DNA from: Halieaceae bacterium MED-G27
GTDB lineage: Bacteria > Pseudomonadota > Gammaproteobacteria > Pseudomonadales > Halieaceae
DNA length: 64,000 nt
Direction: 5' to 3'
Assembly: GCA_002456975.1 (NCBI GenBank)
Contig: NTKA01000005.1
Span: 7,062 to 71,061 of the forward strand
The notes beneath the pieces were generated by a model. It made no database searches. It was not told the origin of the DNA and worked only from the letters and a program-made list of their open reading frames with translations. Shown here one piece after another: positions 9,330 through 20,346 of the stretch (the stretch's first letter is position 1; the number at the start of each line of letters is the position of its first letter). The translations under genes were made by a program, and so were the position numbers.

Positions 9330-10064
9330 CTATCGGGCAATCATCATGATCGCTAGCAACGTGAGTACTCCCTTCAGTATTAGTTGGAAGGTTGCCTCGG
9401 GGATTCGGCCGAGTAGCAGGAGTCCGAGGCGCGTCCCGATAAAACCGGCTCCAATCATGAGTGCTAGAGGTAAAACCCACTCGGTCCAGGTGAATCCCAA
9501 GCCGGTGAAGAGCACAATTCGGAAAAGATTCATCGTGCCGACACTGGCAGCCATGGTTCCCGCGAGCTCATGGCGCCCGTTGGTTTGGTGTCGCAGATAA
9601 GCGGCTACCAGCGGACCGGTAGCGCTCACAAAAACACCGAGAAAACTTAAACCCGCTCCGAAAATGATTTCGTTGCGAGGCTTTCGCTGTTGAATCACTG
9701 GCAGTGGCAACCAGGTGACGGTCAGAGTAAAGAGAGCAAGAAGTAAAGTGAGCTGATGCTCGGTTAGCCAAAAAGCCGACAGCGGTAACGCCATCACTGT
9801 CCCTACCGTTGTACCAAGTAACAGTCGGTTAAAAATGGGCTTTGAAATGTGGTGATAGGTCATCACAGCGCGGCCACTATTTGACCCCAGCTGGACCATG
9901 CTGTGGAGTGGAACAACTGCGGTGACTGGGACGACAATCACTAAGACGGCCAGCACCAATGTTCCACCACCCACACCAATAGCCGCGGTCCAAGCGGATG
10001 CGATAAAGCTGGTGGTAACCAGTAGCAACAGTGTGTCCTGACTAATGGGGAGCTCGGGTAGCAC
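9330..10064 (-). CDS. TauE/SafE (TSUP) family membrane exporter
   Basis: About 8 TM helices; GVGGG; VPLHSMVQLGSN; SATGP. Confidence 0.85.
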   Translation of the reverse strand: MLPELPISQDTLLLLVTTSFIASAWTAAIGVGGGTLVLAVLVIVVPVTAVVPLHSMVQLGSNSGRAVMTYHHISKPIFNRLLLGTTVGTVMALPLSAFWLTEHQLTLLLALFTLTVTWLPLPVIQQRKPRNEIIFGAGLSFLGVFVSATGPLVAAYLRHQTNGRHELAGTMAASVGTMNLFRIVLFTGLGFTWTEWVLPLALMIGAGFIGTRLGLLLLGRIPEATFQLILKGVLTLLAIMMIAR

Positions 10065-10149
10065 AGTAATGAGTATTTATTCGGTAATCGTCAGGCTAAA
10101 CGATAGCAGAGCGCTCGATAGGTGGGGTGCCGATGATTGAGGAAAGTGT

Positions 10150-10185
10150 GCCTCGGAGTGGACGGGGAGCGTACCGCTCCGAGGC
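10150..10185 (-). terminator. Hairpin just downstream of imuA (possible terminator)
   Basis: GCCTCGGAGTGG...CCGCTCCGAGGC stem starting 10 bp after the imuA stop. Confidence 0.5.
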
Positions 10186-10195
10186 TGGGGACTGG

Positions 10196-10939
10196 TTAAG
10201 CCACAGGGATAAGATAAGTCCCTGTTCGCGTGGCGGTGACTTTGGTTTTTTCTCGAGTGGTTACATTAGAGTCAAATAGCGGATTGTCAGGTAACCGTAT
10301 GGCAACTTCACTTTTCCCACCACGTTGCTTGATGACGCTGATTTCTCGATAGGCATCGATATGCACGCGAAGTGATACCGGCGTGGACTCGGCAAGTGCG
10401 TCACTGGACCTAAAGATAAATAACAATGTGTCACTGTCTGCCGCTGCTAGTTGTAGCTTTCTGAGTTCAGCGTAGCGGTAATGAGCTGAGCCGAGCCAAG
10501 CAAAAACCACACTACAGGTCGTGCTGCGAACGGCTTGCTCTGTGGCCCATAATAATTCCTCTCGAGTCTTTGGGTGCACCATTAGGACCTGTTCGCTGGG
10601 AATTCCCATAGCCTGAATGAGCGGTGCATAAGGCGTATGAGGCGCGCCGATAAATGCTTGCCAACGCTTTTCAGCGGATAGCGCTTGCATGGTGGGTAAA
10701 AATAGGCTCATGCACTCACTGTTGTCGTCGTTGCTTAGCACTTCAACAGCACCTTGCAACGGCCAGCCGCCCAGTTGGAGTTTGTTATCTAGGCTCGCAA
10801 AGCCAGTGCTGATACTGCGAGCTGTGGGCCAAGTGGTATTGGCTGATGGTGTATTTAAAATAAAATGCGATGCCTGATGACTCGACGTCCCACGCCAAGT
10901 GTCAGGACGACTTATAATATGTTCGATCGATTGGTTCAT
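10196..10939 (-). CDS. imuA: Translesion synthesis accessory protein ImuA (RecA/SulA-like)
   Basis: ATG at 10939 after GGAG; WRG..STGFASLD..GGWP; LWATEQAVRS; LRKLQLAA; KQRGG. Confidence 0.9.
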   Translation of the reverse strand: MNQSIEHIISRPDTWRGTSSHQASHFILNTPSANTTWPTARSISTGFASLDNKLQLGGWPLQGAVEVLSNDDNSECMSLFLPTMQALSAEKRWQAFIGAPHTPYAPLIQAMGIPSEQVLMVHPKTREELLWATEQAVRSTTCSVVFAWLGSAHYRYAELRKLQLAAADSDTLLFIFRSSDALAESTPVSLRVHIDAYREISVIKQRGGKSEVAIRLPDNPLFDSNVTTREKTKVTATRTGTYLIPVA

Positions 10940-11005
10940 ATTGGCTCCAAGACACTGTCTAATCACTTCACTCAATAGTGCTACTGAAGTGATACAGGTA
11001 AATTA

Positions 11006-11021
11006 CTGTATAAATAAACAG
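11006..11021. promoter_or_regulatory. LexA (SOS) box upstream of imuA
   Basis: TA-CTGTATAAATAAACAG-TA in the imuA/MFS divergent spacer. Confidence 0.92.
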
Positions 11022-11060
11022 TAGTTTGGTTGTGACTCAAAAGCAAGCGAGGGCGTATTA

Positions 11061-12281
11061 GTGTGTCGTGAAAAGCGACAGGTCAGGTCATCAGCGTTAT
11101 CCGCCCCTCTGTTTCGGCGTTATTACCCGGCGAGTTGGTTCTCCAGTTTAGGTGGTTGGATGCTGCGCTTTCTCCTTGGTTGGAGTGCTTGGGCGCTGAC
11201 AGAGTCGTCTTTCTGGGTTGGCATTGTCGGAGCGCTTATGCTGGCACCTGCGATCCTGTTATCCCCTTACTTTGGTGTGCAGTCCGATCGAGTCAATCCG
11301 CGCCATGGACTGATTATTTCGATGGCTGTTCACGCAGTCATTGGTCTGACCGGGGCAGTGACAACGGCGACGGATCTATTTGGGTTAAATACGTTGCTCT
11401 TGTTGGCAACCACCATGGGCGCGGTCACTGCGTTGCACAGCCCCATGCGCTTGGCGCTGGTCCCGCTATTGGTATCGCGCGAAGCGTTGCCAAGTGCGGT
11501 GGGGCTGACCGCCATGTCATTTAACATCGCCCGTATCCTTGGCCCGGCGATTTCAGCCGCCTTACTCGCATCGGTCGGTCTCGTATGGGCCTGGAGTCTT
11601 CCGGTCGCCATGTTTTTTATCTCTGCATTGTTACTCGCTGTGATTCGCGGCGTGGGCACGCGCGAGATTAAAGTGAAGAGTAGTGTCAATGCGGCGTTTC
11701 TTGAGGCTGGTCGCTATGCCTTGGCGCATTCTCAGATCACATTCATATTGATGATCACTGCGACTAACGGGCTGTTGGGGCGTAGCTTTATCGAGTTATT
11801 GCCCGCGATTTCTGGGCGTGTACTCAATGGTGATGCGACTGAATTAGCATGGCTGACTGCGGCGGCGGGCGCTGGTGCGGTAGCAGGCGGGCTAGTACTA
11901 ACGCAACAGCAGGCCAGGGTGAGTTCGCTGTTTCGATTGTTGTTGGGTGCGATGGTTATTGCTGTGTTGCTCCTCGCTTCGCTCAAATGGATGAACACCC
12001 TCACGTCCCTGATGATCTTGGTCGCGATTCTCAGTTCGGTAACAACCATTATGGGGACGAGTTGTCAGACCCTGACCCAACTGATCGTCACTGAGCAATA
12101 TCGTGGTCGGGTGCTCAGTCTCTGGTCGATGACTGCAATGGGTGCTCCCGCACTGGGTGCCGCATGGCAAGGCTGGATGGCTGAGTCTGTCGGCTTCGTC
12201 GATGTCTACTTAACCGCCGCTCTCGTCGGAGTGTTGGCGACGTTGTTTTTTTACCTGCGAGGTCGGCCGGCTTTCACCTGA
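11061..12281 (+). CDS. MFS transporter
   Basis: About 12 TM helices; GVQSDR motif A; FNIARILGPA; YRGRVLS; start uncertain. Confidence 0.85.
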   Translation: MCREKRQVRSSALSAPLFRRYYPASWFSSLGGWMLRFLLGWSAWALTESSFWVGIVGALMLAPAILLSPYFGVQSDRVNPRHGLIISMAVHAVIGLTGAVTTATDLFGLNTLLLLATTMGAVTALHSPMRLALVPLLVSREALPSAVGLTAMSFNIARILGPAISAALLASVGLVWAWSLPVAMFFISALLLAVIRGVGTREIKVKSSVNAAFLEAGRYALAHSQITFILMITATNGLLGRSFIELLPAISGRVLNGDATELAWLTAAAGAGAVAGGLVLTQQQARVSSLFRLLLGAMVIAVLLLASLKWMNTLTSLMILVAILSSVTTIMGTSCQTLTQLIVTEQYRGRVLSLWSMTAMGAPALGAAWQGWMAESVGFVDVYLTAALVGVLATLFFYLRGRPAFT

Positions 12282-13282
12282 TGCCCAATCGATAGTTTCA
12301 CGACCAGCGCCTCGAGGGCATCCCAGGCGTCACCCGATAAAAACCCCTTGGCACTGCCGTCGGCGGCGAATAGCAAGGTGAGGCAGTCGTTGAGGCTGTC
12401 GCGAGTATGTCGCTGCGCGGCGGCTTGCATCAGAGGTAGCCGACTTCGCCATACCCCGAGCTGATTGAGAGCATTGCCCACGGATTTGCCGTTTGCGCTC
12501 AGCGCGTGACAATCGATGAGAGTTCTAATCTCACGCGATAAGGTCCACAGGACGGGAGGCGGCTGATTGCCCTCAGCCCTGAGGCCTCTCAAGGCTCTTA
12601 ACGCACCTTTCGAATCACCGGCAAGAGCCGTATCGACCATGCCGAAGGTGTTATAGCGCGCACTCTCTCCGACAACCTCCGCGACAATCTCTGCAGTGAT
12701 TTGCATATCTTGCTTCAGTAGGGACAGCTTCTCGACTTCCTGTGCCGCAGCGAGCAAGTTGCCCTCAACTCGCTCTGCCAGCAGATTGATCGCCGCCCGA
12801 TCAGCGGTTAAGCCGCGCTGCTGGCAACGCCTCGCAATCCAGTCAGGCATCTCTCTTGGTGAAATCGGCCAGACCGTAACCACTACCCCCGATTGGTCGA
12901 GCGCGGAGAACCATTTGGCCCGCTGCGATTGTTTATCTATCTTGCCCGCGACGATCAGTAATACGTCCTCGGTGTCCAGTGACAGGTACTCTTGAATCGC
13001 TTTGCTACCCTCGGTTCCCGGCTTTCCGCTATCGAGCTGAATTTCGATGAGCTTGCGGTCCGCGAACAGAGACATAGCACCACCACTTTGAATAAGGGTC
13101 TGCCACGCATCTTTATCGGACGCATCAATGCGTTCACGTTCGGTGCATCCCGCAGCTCGCGCGGCGGCTCTGATGCTGTCGGCACACTCTTGCAATATCA
13201 GTGGCTCACTGCCTGTCAGGAGGTAGCTTTTCGCTACACCCTGTGACGTATGTTGAGCGACCTGCTCAGGACGGATTTGCAT
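12251..13282 (-). CDS. holA: DNA polymerase III delta subunit
   Basis: GSEPLILQE, MSLFADRK, EGNLLAAAQEVEKL; leuS-lptE-holA order. Confidence 0.95.
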   Translation of the reverse strand: MQIRPEQVAQHTSQGVAKSYLLTGSEPLILQECADSIRAAARAAGCTERERIDASDKDAWQTLIQSGGAMSLFADRKLIEIQLDSGKPGTEGSKAIQEYLSLDTEDVLLIVAGKIDKQSQRAKWFSALDQSGVVVTVWPISPREMPDWIARRCQQRGLTADRAAINLLAERVEGNLLAAAQEVEKLSLLKQDMQITAEIVAEVVGESARYNTFGMVDTALAGDSKGALRALRGLRAEGNQPPPVLWTLSREIRTLIDCHALSANGKSVGNALNQLGVWRSRLPLMQAAAQRHTRDSLNDCLTLLFAADGSAKGFLSGDAWDALEALVVKLSIGHQVKAGRPRR

Positions 13283-13814
13283 CGGGTACCGAGAGCCGAT
13301 AGTCGATACGACGCAACACTCTATCAGCCAATGAAGCTCGCATTTCTTCGCGTATCAGTCTGAGTTCTTCGCGCTTGCCGACGATATTGAGAGGGTCATT
13401 CAGCATTTGGTCGATGACAGTCAGCTGTTCGTCGGTGATCAACCACTCGTTGTCAGCTTGTAGTGAAAAACGGACCTTTAACATTAGTTCTAGTTCGGCG
13501 GCTCGCGCACGAGCCGTTAGGGATAGATCGCGCTGCTCGAACTGTTCAACAGCGAGATAGATGATCAGCTGCGCGTCTGACGGGGCAGTTAATGTCATGC
13601 CACGTAGCCGCAACCTCGACTGAAGAAGACTCGCAAGTTCGCTTCCGGGTGCTTCGCTGACTAGCGCTACGGTCTTACCCGCAAGTCGCGAGGAATCCTC
13701 AGCTTGCCCCCGCAGCTCAAAGCCACAGCCCGTTATTGCAAAAAATATTGAGAGCAGGATTGAAGCTCTAAAGAGTTCCCAAGTGATGGTATGCCGACTA
13801 GTTCGCAACCACAT
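13266..13814 (-). CDS. lptE: LPS assembly lipoprotein LptE
   Basis: Lipobox ITGC followed by GFELRG; position between leuS and holA; start uncertain. Confidence 0.88.
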   Translation of the reverse strand: MWLRTSRHTITWELFRASILLSIFFAITGCGFELRGQAEDSSRLAGKTVALVSEAPGSELASLLQSRLRLRGMTLTAPSDAQLIIYLAVEQFEQRDLSLTARARAAELELMLKVRFSLQADNEWLITDEQLTVIDQMLNDPLNIVGKREELRLIREEMRASLADRVLRRIDYRLSVPDANPS

Positions 13815-16245
13815 TGACCAGTTTCCCAGGGACCACAATCACCTTCCTCACCGTGGCCTCAGCAATAAACCGCTGCACATTGTCTTGAGCCAGAGCGCTC
13901 GCTTCGACACTCGCTTTATCGGCATCAGCAGCGACGGTCATTTTAGCTCTTACCTTGCCGTTGACCTGCACAACGATTTCAACTTCATCCCGTGCCAAAG
14001 CGGCCTCATCAACCGCAGGCCAAGCCTCTGTGGTGATATCACTGCCAGTTAACGCTTTATACAAGGCTTCGGTAACGTGCGGGACGATTGGGCACAACAA
14101 TAATAAGGCGGCGGAGACGCCTTCATCGACGACTGCTTGGTCGATATCTGATTCAATCGTATGTCGGCCCAATTCGTTACACAGTTCCATCACTGCTGCC
14201 ACCGCGGTGTTAAATGTTTGGCGGCGCCCATAATCGTCGCTGACCTTGGCGATTGTTTCGTGGGTTTTGCGCCGCAGCGCCTTTTGCGCCTTGTTCAGCG
14301 CCGCAGTGTCGATCGTTACGGCCTCGCGATTACCGTCGCGCTCGGTGACCAGGCGCCAAAGCCGCTTGAGGAATCGATGCGCGCCTTCCACGCCGGCATC
14401 AGACCATTCCAGCGACTGCTCTGGCGGCGACGCGAACATGCTGAATAGACGCACGGTATCGGCACCGTAGCGATCGATTAATTCCTGTGGGTCAACGGTA
14501 TTGCCCTTGGACTTTGACATTTTGGCGCCATCTTTGAGCACCATGCCCTGTGTCAGCAGTCTTTTGAAGGGTTCGCTCGAGGTGATCAGCCCTTCGTCGC
14601 GCATTAATTTGTGGAAAAAGCGAGCGTATAGCAAATGGAGAATGGCATGCTCGATACCACCTACGTATTGATCGACTTCAAGCCAGTAGTCCGCCTCGTT
14701 CCCTAGCATTGCATTGTGAGTCGACGCGCTGGTGTAGCGCGCGTAATACCACGATGATTCCATAAAGGTGTCGAAGGTATCGGTTTCCCTCGTTGCGGCC
14801 TTGCCACATTGCGGGCAGCTGGTCTCAAAGAACTCTGGCATCGATTTGATTGGTGATGCCACACCATCGAAGGCAACGTCAGTGGGCAGCACAACGGGCA
14901 GATCTGCATCGGGTACTGTGACCGGCCCGCAATCACCGCAGTGGATGACAGGAATCGGCGCTCCCCAATAGCGTTGTCTCGAGACTCCCCAGTCTCTGAG
15001 CCGGAAGTTAACAGTTTTTTCACCAAGTCCCTTGGTTTCAAGCGCCTCGACGATAGCATCGAATCCAGCCTGAAATGCCATACCGTCAAAAGTACCCGAA
15101 TTCATCAAAGGTCCCTTCTCGGCATAGGCAGCCTCAGTCAGATCAACGGACTCGCCGCTTGCTGAGTCGACAACTTGAATAATCGGAAGCTCGTATTTAC
15201 TGGCAAACTCCCAATCGCGCTGATCATGCCCCGGAACTGACATCACAGCACCCGAGCCATAACTCATCAATACGAAGTTAGCAACCCAAATTGGTACGGC
15301 CTCGCCTGTGAGTGGGTGCGTGGCGCATAAGCCCGTATCGCAACCCAGCTTTTCCATGGTAGCGAGATCAGCCTCGGCCACTTTGGTTTGCTTCAATCCG
15401 TCGATGACGGCTGCTAGTTCTGGATCGGAAGCGGCTGCGCGCTGCGCGATGGGGTGTTGCGGCGCGACGGCAAGATAGCTCACTCCGAACAATGTATCGG
15501 GGCGGGTGGTGTAGACCTCAATCGTGTCATTTTCAAACGGAAAACGCACGTTGGCGCCTTCGGAGCGCCCAATCCAATTGCGCTGCATGGCGACCACTTG
15601 CTCGGGCCAGCCAGTCAGTGTGTCGAGGTCATCGAGCAACTCTTGGGCGTATTCGGTGATTTTGATAAACCATTGACTGATAGCGCGGCGTTCAACCGGC
15701 GTATCGCACCGCCAGCACCGGCCGTCGACCACCTGTTCATTGGCAAGCACCGTTTGATCGTTATCGCACCAATTTACCTCGCTCTCTTTCTTGTAGGCGA
15801 GTCCACGGTTCACCAGTCGCGTAAAAAACCACTGTTCCCAGCGGTAGTAGTCGGGATCACAGGTGCTGACTTCGCGATTCCAATCATAGGCAAAGCCCAA
15901 TCGCGACAATTGCTGTTTCATGTCAGCAATATTTTGTAGGGTCCAACTAGCGGGTGGGATGTTGTTCTGGATCGCAGCGTTCTCGGCAGGTAAGCCAAAC
16001 GCATCCCAACCCATTGGCTGGAGCACGTTTTTACCACACATGCGGTGGTAGCGGGCAATGACATCAGCGATGGTGTAATTGCGCACATGACCCATGTGTA
16101 ACTTGCCACTGGGGTAGGGCAACATCGCCAGGCAGTAAAACTTATCTTTGCTCTGATCCGCGACCGCGGCATAGGTTTGCTCCGCATCCCAGCGGGCCTG
16201 GATCTGAGTCTCTAGCGACTCTGGTTCATAGTCTTGGTATGTCAT
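13798..16245 (-). CDS. leuS: Leucine--tRNA ligase
   Basis: [17 protein letters not shown] editing domain, KMSKS. Confidence 0.98.
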   Translation of the reverse strand: MTYQDYEPESLETQIQARWDAEQTYAAVADQSKDKFYCLAMLPYPSGKLHMGHVRNYTIADVIARYHRMCGKNVLQPMGWDAFGLPAENAAIQNNIPPASWTLQNIADMKQQLSRLGFAYDWNREVSTCDPDYYRWEQWFFTRLVNRGLAYKKESEVNWCDNDQTVLANEQVVDGRCWRCDTPVERRAISQWFIKITEYAQELLDDLDTLTGWPEQVVAMQRNWIGRSEGANVRFPFENDTIEVYTTRPDTLFGVSYLAVAPQHPIAQRAAASDPELAAVIDGLKQTKVAEADLATMEKLGCDTGLCATHPLTGEAVPIWVANFVLMSYGSGAVMSVPGHDQRDWEFASKYELPIIQVVDSASGESVDLTEAAYAEKGPLMNSGTFDGMAFQAGFDAIVEALETKGLGEKTVNFRLRDWGVSRQRYWGAPIPVIHCGDCGPVTVPDADLPVVLPTDVAFDGVASPIKSMPEFFETSCPQCGKAATRETDTFDTFMESSWYYARYTSASTHNAMLGNEADYWLEVDQYVGGIEHAILHLLYARFFHKLMRDEGLITSSEPFKRLLTQGMVLKDGAKMSKSKGNTVDPQELIDRYGADTVRLFSMFASPPEQSLEWSDAGVEGAHRFLKRLWRLVTERDGNREAVTIDTAALNKAQKALRRKTHETIAKVSDDYGRRQTFNTAVAAVMELCNELGRHTIESDIDQAVVDEGVSAALLLLCPIVPHVTEALYKALTGSDITTEAWPAVDEAALARDEVEIVVQVNGKVRAKMTVAADADKASVEASALAQDNVQRFIAEATVRKVIVVPGKLVNVVAN

Positions 16246-16295
16246 GAAGCTCGTATCTGTTATCAGCAAACAACGCCGATCGTAGTCTATCAGTA

Positions 16296-17789
16296 TCAAC
16301 CCGTAGCGAGGTGGTCGCGACGCGCGATTAAGCCAAGAAAAAGCAATATTGCGACGAGAGTCAGAGTTGGCAGGCTGCCGACTCGGGCAAATGGTGTCAG
16401 GCCAGCTCGGGTGCTCAGCGATCCGGTTAAAACTCCTCGTTCAAATTGTGGCAGTGTAGATACCACAGTGCCCTTGTGATCGATGAATGCGGTGATACCG
16501 TTGTTGGTGCCTCTCAGTAATGGCTTAGCCATTTCTAACGCCCTGAAGCGGGCCATCTGGAAATGTTGGTGTGGTCCGATTGAACTCCCAAACCACGCGT
16601 CATTAGAAATTGTGATGAGCGCATTCGCTTGCCTCGAGCCCGCGGCAACAAAATCCGGGTAGACCACTTCGTAGCAAATCATGGGTGCTAGTGGCGTGTC
16701 ATTGATCAAGAGGGATTGGTATCCGCCATCGCCGCGCGAGAAATTCGACATCGGTAAGTCAAAGAAGCTGATAAGCCCTCGGAGCATTGATTCTAGAGGT
16801 ACAAATTCGCCAAAGGGGACAAGCTTTTGCTTGTCGTATTGGCCCTCGCCGTTACCAAGGGCAACGATACTGTTGTAGCGGTTGCCGGCACTTCGGGTGG
16901 GCAGGCCCGTAATAATGGTGGCGTTGTTTTGCTTGGCAATCCGATCAAGCGAGTCTAAGAAGTTGGGCGCTTGGTCTTTAAAAAAGGGGATGGCGCCCTC
17001 AGGCCACACAATGAGATCTACTAGCGGGCTCTGCGCTTCTGCGTTGCTCGCGTAGGTTTCCATAATGCGCTGCGTATTGCGTCTGTCCCAATGTTCATTC
17101 AATGAAATATTCGGCTGGAACATTGCCACGCTGATCGATTCATTTTGATCACGGGTCCAATCAACACCACCCAGAAACTCGCCTCCCAATAAAATCACCA
17201 ATAGAGCAGCGAGGGATCGCCACCATCGAGGTAGCGGTCGCTGTGAATAGTCACTCGCCACAATGGCTGCGAGACCACTCAACAACAGTGAGACACCGAA
17301 TACGCCCACCAGAGGTGCCCATCCAGCGATCATGGTGTCTAGGCTGGCATAGCCGAGGTAAAGCCAGGGGAAGCCGGTAAGCAACCAACTTCTAATCCAT
17401 TCGAAAAGCACCCAGAGACCCGTAAACCAGAGAATTTGAATGCGACCGTTAGCAGGCTCAAAGCGCGCATAAAGGTAGCCCATTAGGCCGCTGAGCAGGC
17501 CGAGACCACCGCAGAAAATGATGGTTAGCAGCGATGCAAGCGGCGGAGGCGCTTGCCCATACACATGGATACTGACATAAACCCACGAGACCCCTGAGCC
17601 GAAGAAACCAACACCGTAAAGCCAACCGATGAGGAGTCCTTCTGCCGGGCTTCGGCGCCTTAGGAGAATAGCCAGGGCCGCAACGCTGAGCACTGCGAGT
17701 GGCCAGATGTCGAATGGGCTTAAACCCAGGCTAAAGATTGCGCCGGCACCAATACTGAGGACAACCAGTTGGATCCTGGGCTTTGACAT
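16296..17789 (-). CDS. lnt: Apolipoprotein N-acyltransferase
   Basis: [16 protein letters not shown] catalytic triad; SNDAWFG. Confidence 0.96.
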   Translation of the reverse strand: MSKPRIQLVVLSIGAGAIFSLGLSPFDIWPLAVLSVAALAILLRRRSPAEGLLIGWLYGVGFFGSGVSWVYVSIHVYGQAPPPLASLLTIIFCGGLGLLSGLMGYLYARFEPANGRIQILWFTGLWVLFEWIRSWLLTGFPWLYLGYASLDTMIAGWAPLVGVFGVSLLLSGLAAIVASDYSQRPLPRWWRSLAALLVILLGGEFLGGVDWTRDQNESISVAMFQPNISLNEHWDRRNTQRIMETYASNAEAQSPLVDLIVWPEGAIPFFKDQAPNFLDSLDRIAKQNNATIITGLPTRSAGNRYNSIVALGNGEGQYDKQKLVPFGEFVPLESMLRGLISFFDLPMSNFSRGDGGYQSLLINDTPLAPMICYEVVYPDFVAAGSRQANALITISNDAWFGSSIGPHQHFQMARFRALEMAKPLLRGTNNGITAFIDHKGTVVSTLPQFERGVLTGSLSTRAGLTPFARVGSLPTLTLVAILLFLGLIARRDHLATG

Positions 17790-17793
17790 ACGA

Positions 17794-18642
17794 TCAGTCG
17801 TTAGGGGTGATCGTCACCCGAAGGCTATTAAGTTTTCGCTGATCGGAGTTGATCACTTTGAATTCAAAGCCTTCTAGGTGGGCAGTTTCATTGCGGTTAG
17901 GGAGTCGCCCGAATGCATTCAGTACAAGCCCGCCAATAGTGTCGAACTCTTCATCACTAAATGCAGAGTCAAAGGCTTCATTGAAATCTTCGATCGGCGT
18001 TAACGCTTGCACGAAAAATGTCGATTCGGTGAGTTTTCGGATCTGTACCTCTTCATCGGCATCGGTCTCGTCCTCGATTTCGCCAACGATTTCCTCTAGC
18101 ACGTCCTCTATGGTCACGAGGCCGGCAACACCGCCGTATTCATCGATCACAATCGCCATGTGATTGCGTTGCTGGCGAAACTCTCTGAGCAGTACATTGA
18201 GGCGTTTACTCTCGGGAACGATCACAGCGGCGCGCATTAACGCGGCGATTTCGAAACTGCCTTCTGGCTCGAGGGCAAAGGGCAGCAGATCTTTCGCCAA
18301 TAAAATACCTTTAACGTCGTCGGTGCTGTCACCAACCACTGGGTAGCGTGAGTGTCCCGAGTGAATAATTTGGGGTAGCACTTCCTGCAGCGTCGCTGAT
18401 TCGCGAATAATAACCATCTGAGCGCGTGGGATCATTGCGTCCCGAGCCTGCATGTCACCTACCAGTAAAGCCCCTTCCATAATGGTTCTGGCGTCTTCAT
18501 CGATGACCTCATTATCAGCTGCCAGTTTTAACAGCCCTTCCAAATCTGATCGCGTGTACGGCGTACCGGTGACCATCTGTGTCAATCGATCTAACCAAGA
18601 TCGGTCGTCTGTTTCTGTGGGTCTGGGGTCGGTGGTGTTCAT
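17794..18642 (-). CDS. corC: CBS/CorC Mg-Co transport-associated protein
   Basis: HSRYPV; DEYGGVAGLVTIEDVLEEIVGEIEDE; conserved operon position. Confidence 0.93.
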   Translation of the reverse strand: MNTTDPRPTETDDRSWLDRLTQMVTGTPYTRSDLEGLLKLAADNEVIDEDARTIMEGALLVGDMQARDAMIPRAQMVIIRESATLQEVLPQIIHSGHSRYPVVGDSTDDVKGILLAKDLLPFALEPEGSFEIAALMRAAVIVPESKRLNVLLREFRQQRNHMAIVIDEYGGVAGLVTIEDVLEEIVGEIEDETDADEEVQIRKLTESTFFVQALTPIEDFNEAFDSAFSDEEFDTIGGLVLNAFGRLPNRNETAHLEGFEFKVINSDQRKLNSLRVTITPND

Positions 18643-18660
18643 AGTGATTATCAAGTCACG

Positions 18661-19122
18661 CTAGGCGTATGGGTTAGGAATGGTGAGTGAATTCAGTATT
18701 GCTATTTCAAGCGCTTCCATTTGCTGCGCCTGGTCGTCTTCGATGTGATCGAAGCCCAAAAGATGCAAAGTGCCATGGACGGTGAGGTGGGCCCAGTGAT
18801 GGCTTACGTCTTTACCTTGTCGCTCGGCCTCAGCGGTGACGACAGGAGCACAAATTAAGATGTCGCCGAGAAGCCCTGTTTTTTGGATCAGGTCAGGATC
18901 TACAGGAAAGGACAATACATTGGTGGCGCCTGTTTTTTGTCGAAACCGGCTGTTGGCCTCGGTCATCTCGTCGAGTTCAACGCAGCGGATCGACAGCTCG
19001 GGAGATATCTCGCTCGGCGTTGGCGCTGGGGTATGGTCGAATACGGCGCTAACCCAGAGCTCGAATGCTTCATCGGCAGGAGTGGCATCGGCATCTCGGT
19101 CGATGTGAACGGCGGCTGTCAT
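18661..19122 (-). CDS. ybeY: rRNA maturation endoribonuclease YbeY
   Basis: HGTLHLLGFDH; TNVLSFP. Confidence 0.96.
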   Translation of the reverse strand: MTAAVHIDRDADATPADEAFELWVSAVFDHTPAPTPSEISPELSIRCVELDEMTEANSRFRQKTGATNVLSFPVDPDLIQKTGLLGDILICAPVVTAEAERQGKDVSHHWAHLTVHGTLHLLGFDHIEDDQAQQMEALEIAILNSLTIPNPYA

Positions 19123-20171
19123 AGCAGAGGCTTCACATTGGATGAGCTTTCGGTTTGCTCCTGGGACTCATAGGCATCGACGACTCGCTGCACCAAGGGG
19201 TGTCGCACCACATCTTTTCGGTCGAAGTTAGTGAATGAAATGCCAGTCACCTCGCCCAAAATATCGCGCGCGTGGACCAAGCCAGAGGGTTGGCCTCGCG
19301 GTAGGTCGATTTGAGTCGTATCCCCAGTGATGACCGCTGTAGAGCCGAAGCCCAGTCGCGTTAAAAACATTTTCATCTGTTCGCGAGTGGTGTTCTGTGC
19401 CTCGTCGAGAATGATGAAAGCATTGTTCAGCGTTCGTCCGCGCATAAAAGCTAACGGAGCAACTTCGATGACATTGCGCTCGATCAATTTGGTCACGCTC
19501 TCCACGCCCAGCATTTCGAACAATGCGTCATACAACGGCCTGAGGTAGGGATCTACCTTCTGCGTTAAATCGCCTGGCAGAAAGCCTAGGCGCTCGCCGG
19601 CTTCAACCGCCGGTCGCACCAGCAGGATGCGTTTTACCTCTTCCTCAAGCAGCGCCTCGACAGCGCAGGCCACCGCGAGATAGGTTTTGCCAGTTCCTGC
19701 GGGACCTACACCAAAATTCAGGTCGTGGCGTCGAATGGCATCCACGTAGCTAATCTGGTTATATCCTCGCGGCTTGATGGTTCCGCGCTTGGTTTTTATA
19801 CCTCTCGCCTGACCGCCCGAGTTCGGTGGTGCCAGCGCTAATAGTTCGAGATCTGCTTGCTGTAATCGTAGGTGCAAACTCTCAACACTCAGACGGAGCC
19901 CCTCAGAAATCTCCCGATACAGCTGTCTGATAAGTGACTCGGCAATCGAGCAGATAGGCTCTGGACCACTCAAGCTGAACTGGTTGCCACGATTGCTAAC
20001 AGCTATCTCTAGTCGTTCGCTGATTAGTTTTAGATGCGTGTTGAGGTGCCCGCAAAGTACGGCAATGTGCTTCGCATCGTCGGGTTCGAGTAAGAAAGAG
20101 TATGAGGCGTAGCCGGACCGACTGTCGGGTTCCGGGGGTATGGGGTCAATGTCCAAGGACTGTTTGGCCAC
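19119..20171 (-). CDS. ybeZ: PhoH-family ATPase (YbeZ)
   Basis: GPAGTGKT, RPAVEAGE, RGRTL, DEAQN. Confidence 0.94.
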   Translation of the reverse strand: MAKQSLDIDPIPPEPDSRSGYASYSFLLEPDDAKHIAVLCGHLNTHLKLISERLEIAVSNRGNQFSLSGPEPICSIAESLIRQLYREISEGLRLSVESLHLRLQQADLELLALAPPNSGGQARGIKTKRGTIKPRGYNQISYVDAIRRHDLNFGVGPAGTGKTYLAVACAVEALLEEEVKRILLVRPAVEAGERLGFLPGDLTQKVDPYLRPLYDALFEMLGVESVTKLIERNVIEVAPLAFMRGRTLNNAFIILDEAQNTTREQMKMFLTRLGFGSTAVITGDTTQIDLPRGQPSGLVHARDILGEVTGISFTNFDRKDVVRHPLVQRVVDAYESQEQTESSSNVKPLL

Positions 20172-20192
20172 TCATGCTGTGTATGAACGCCG

Positions 20193-20220
20193 AAGATACC
20201 GCGCCGCGCGCCGATGTCAA
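20193..20220 (-). promoter_or_regulatory. Sigma70 promoter for the phoH-ybeY-corC-lnt operon
   Basis: TTGACA-16 bp-TATCTT, 21 bp upstream of the GTG start; the -35 contains the TGA stop of the miaB remnant. Confidence 0.7.
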
Positions 20221-20346
20221 CTGTCCAATACGCCCCGTAGCGGCTTTGGTCGTCTTTGTTCACCTCGACCGTGGCTAAGTTTTAGATCAAATCATGCTCA
20301 AGACACGAGAGGTTGGCCTATCGATGGTTGTCGGTCAGCACTGCCA
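20217..20346 (-). pseudogene. Decayed copy of the miaB 3' end
   Basis: Hand alignment to 23001-23131 gives about 100/131 identities, two in-frame stops (TAG, TAA) and a 1-nt deletion. Confidence 0.9.

Noticed and set aside
10984-10997. CTGAAGTGATACAG as a second LexA box near imuA
   Set aside because: Spacing is CTG-N8-CAG rather than N10, and the left half-site is poor.
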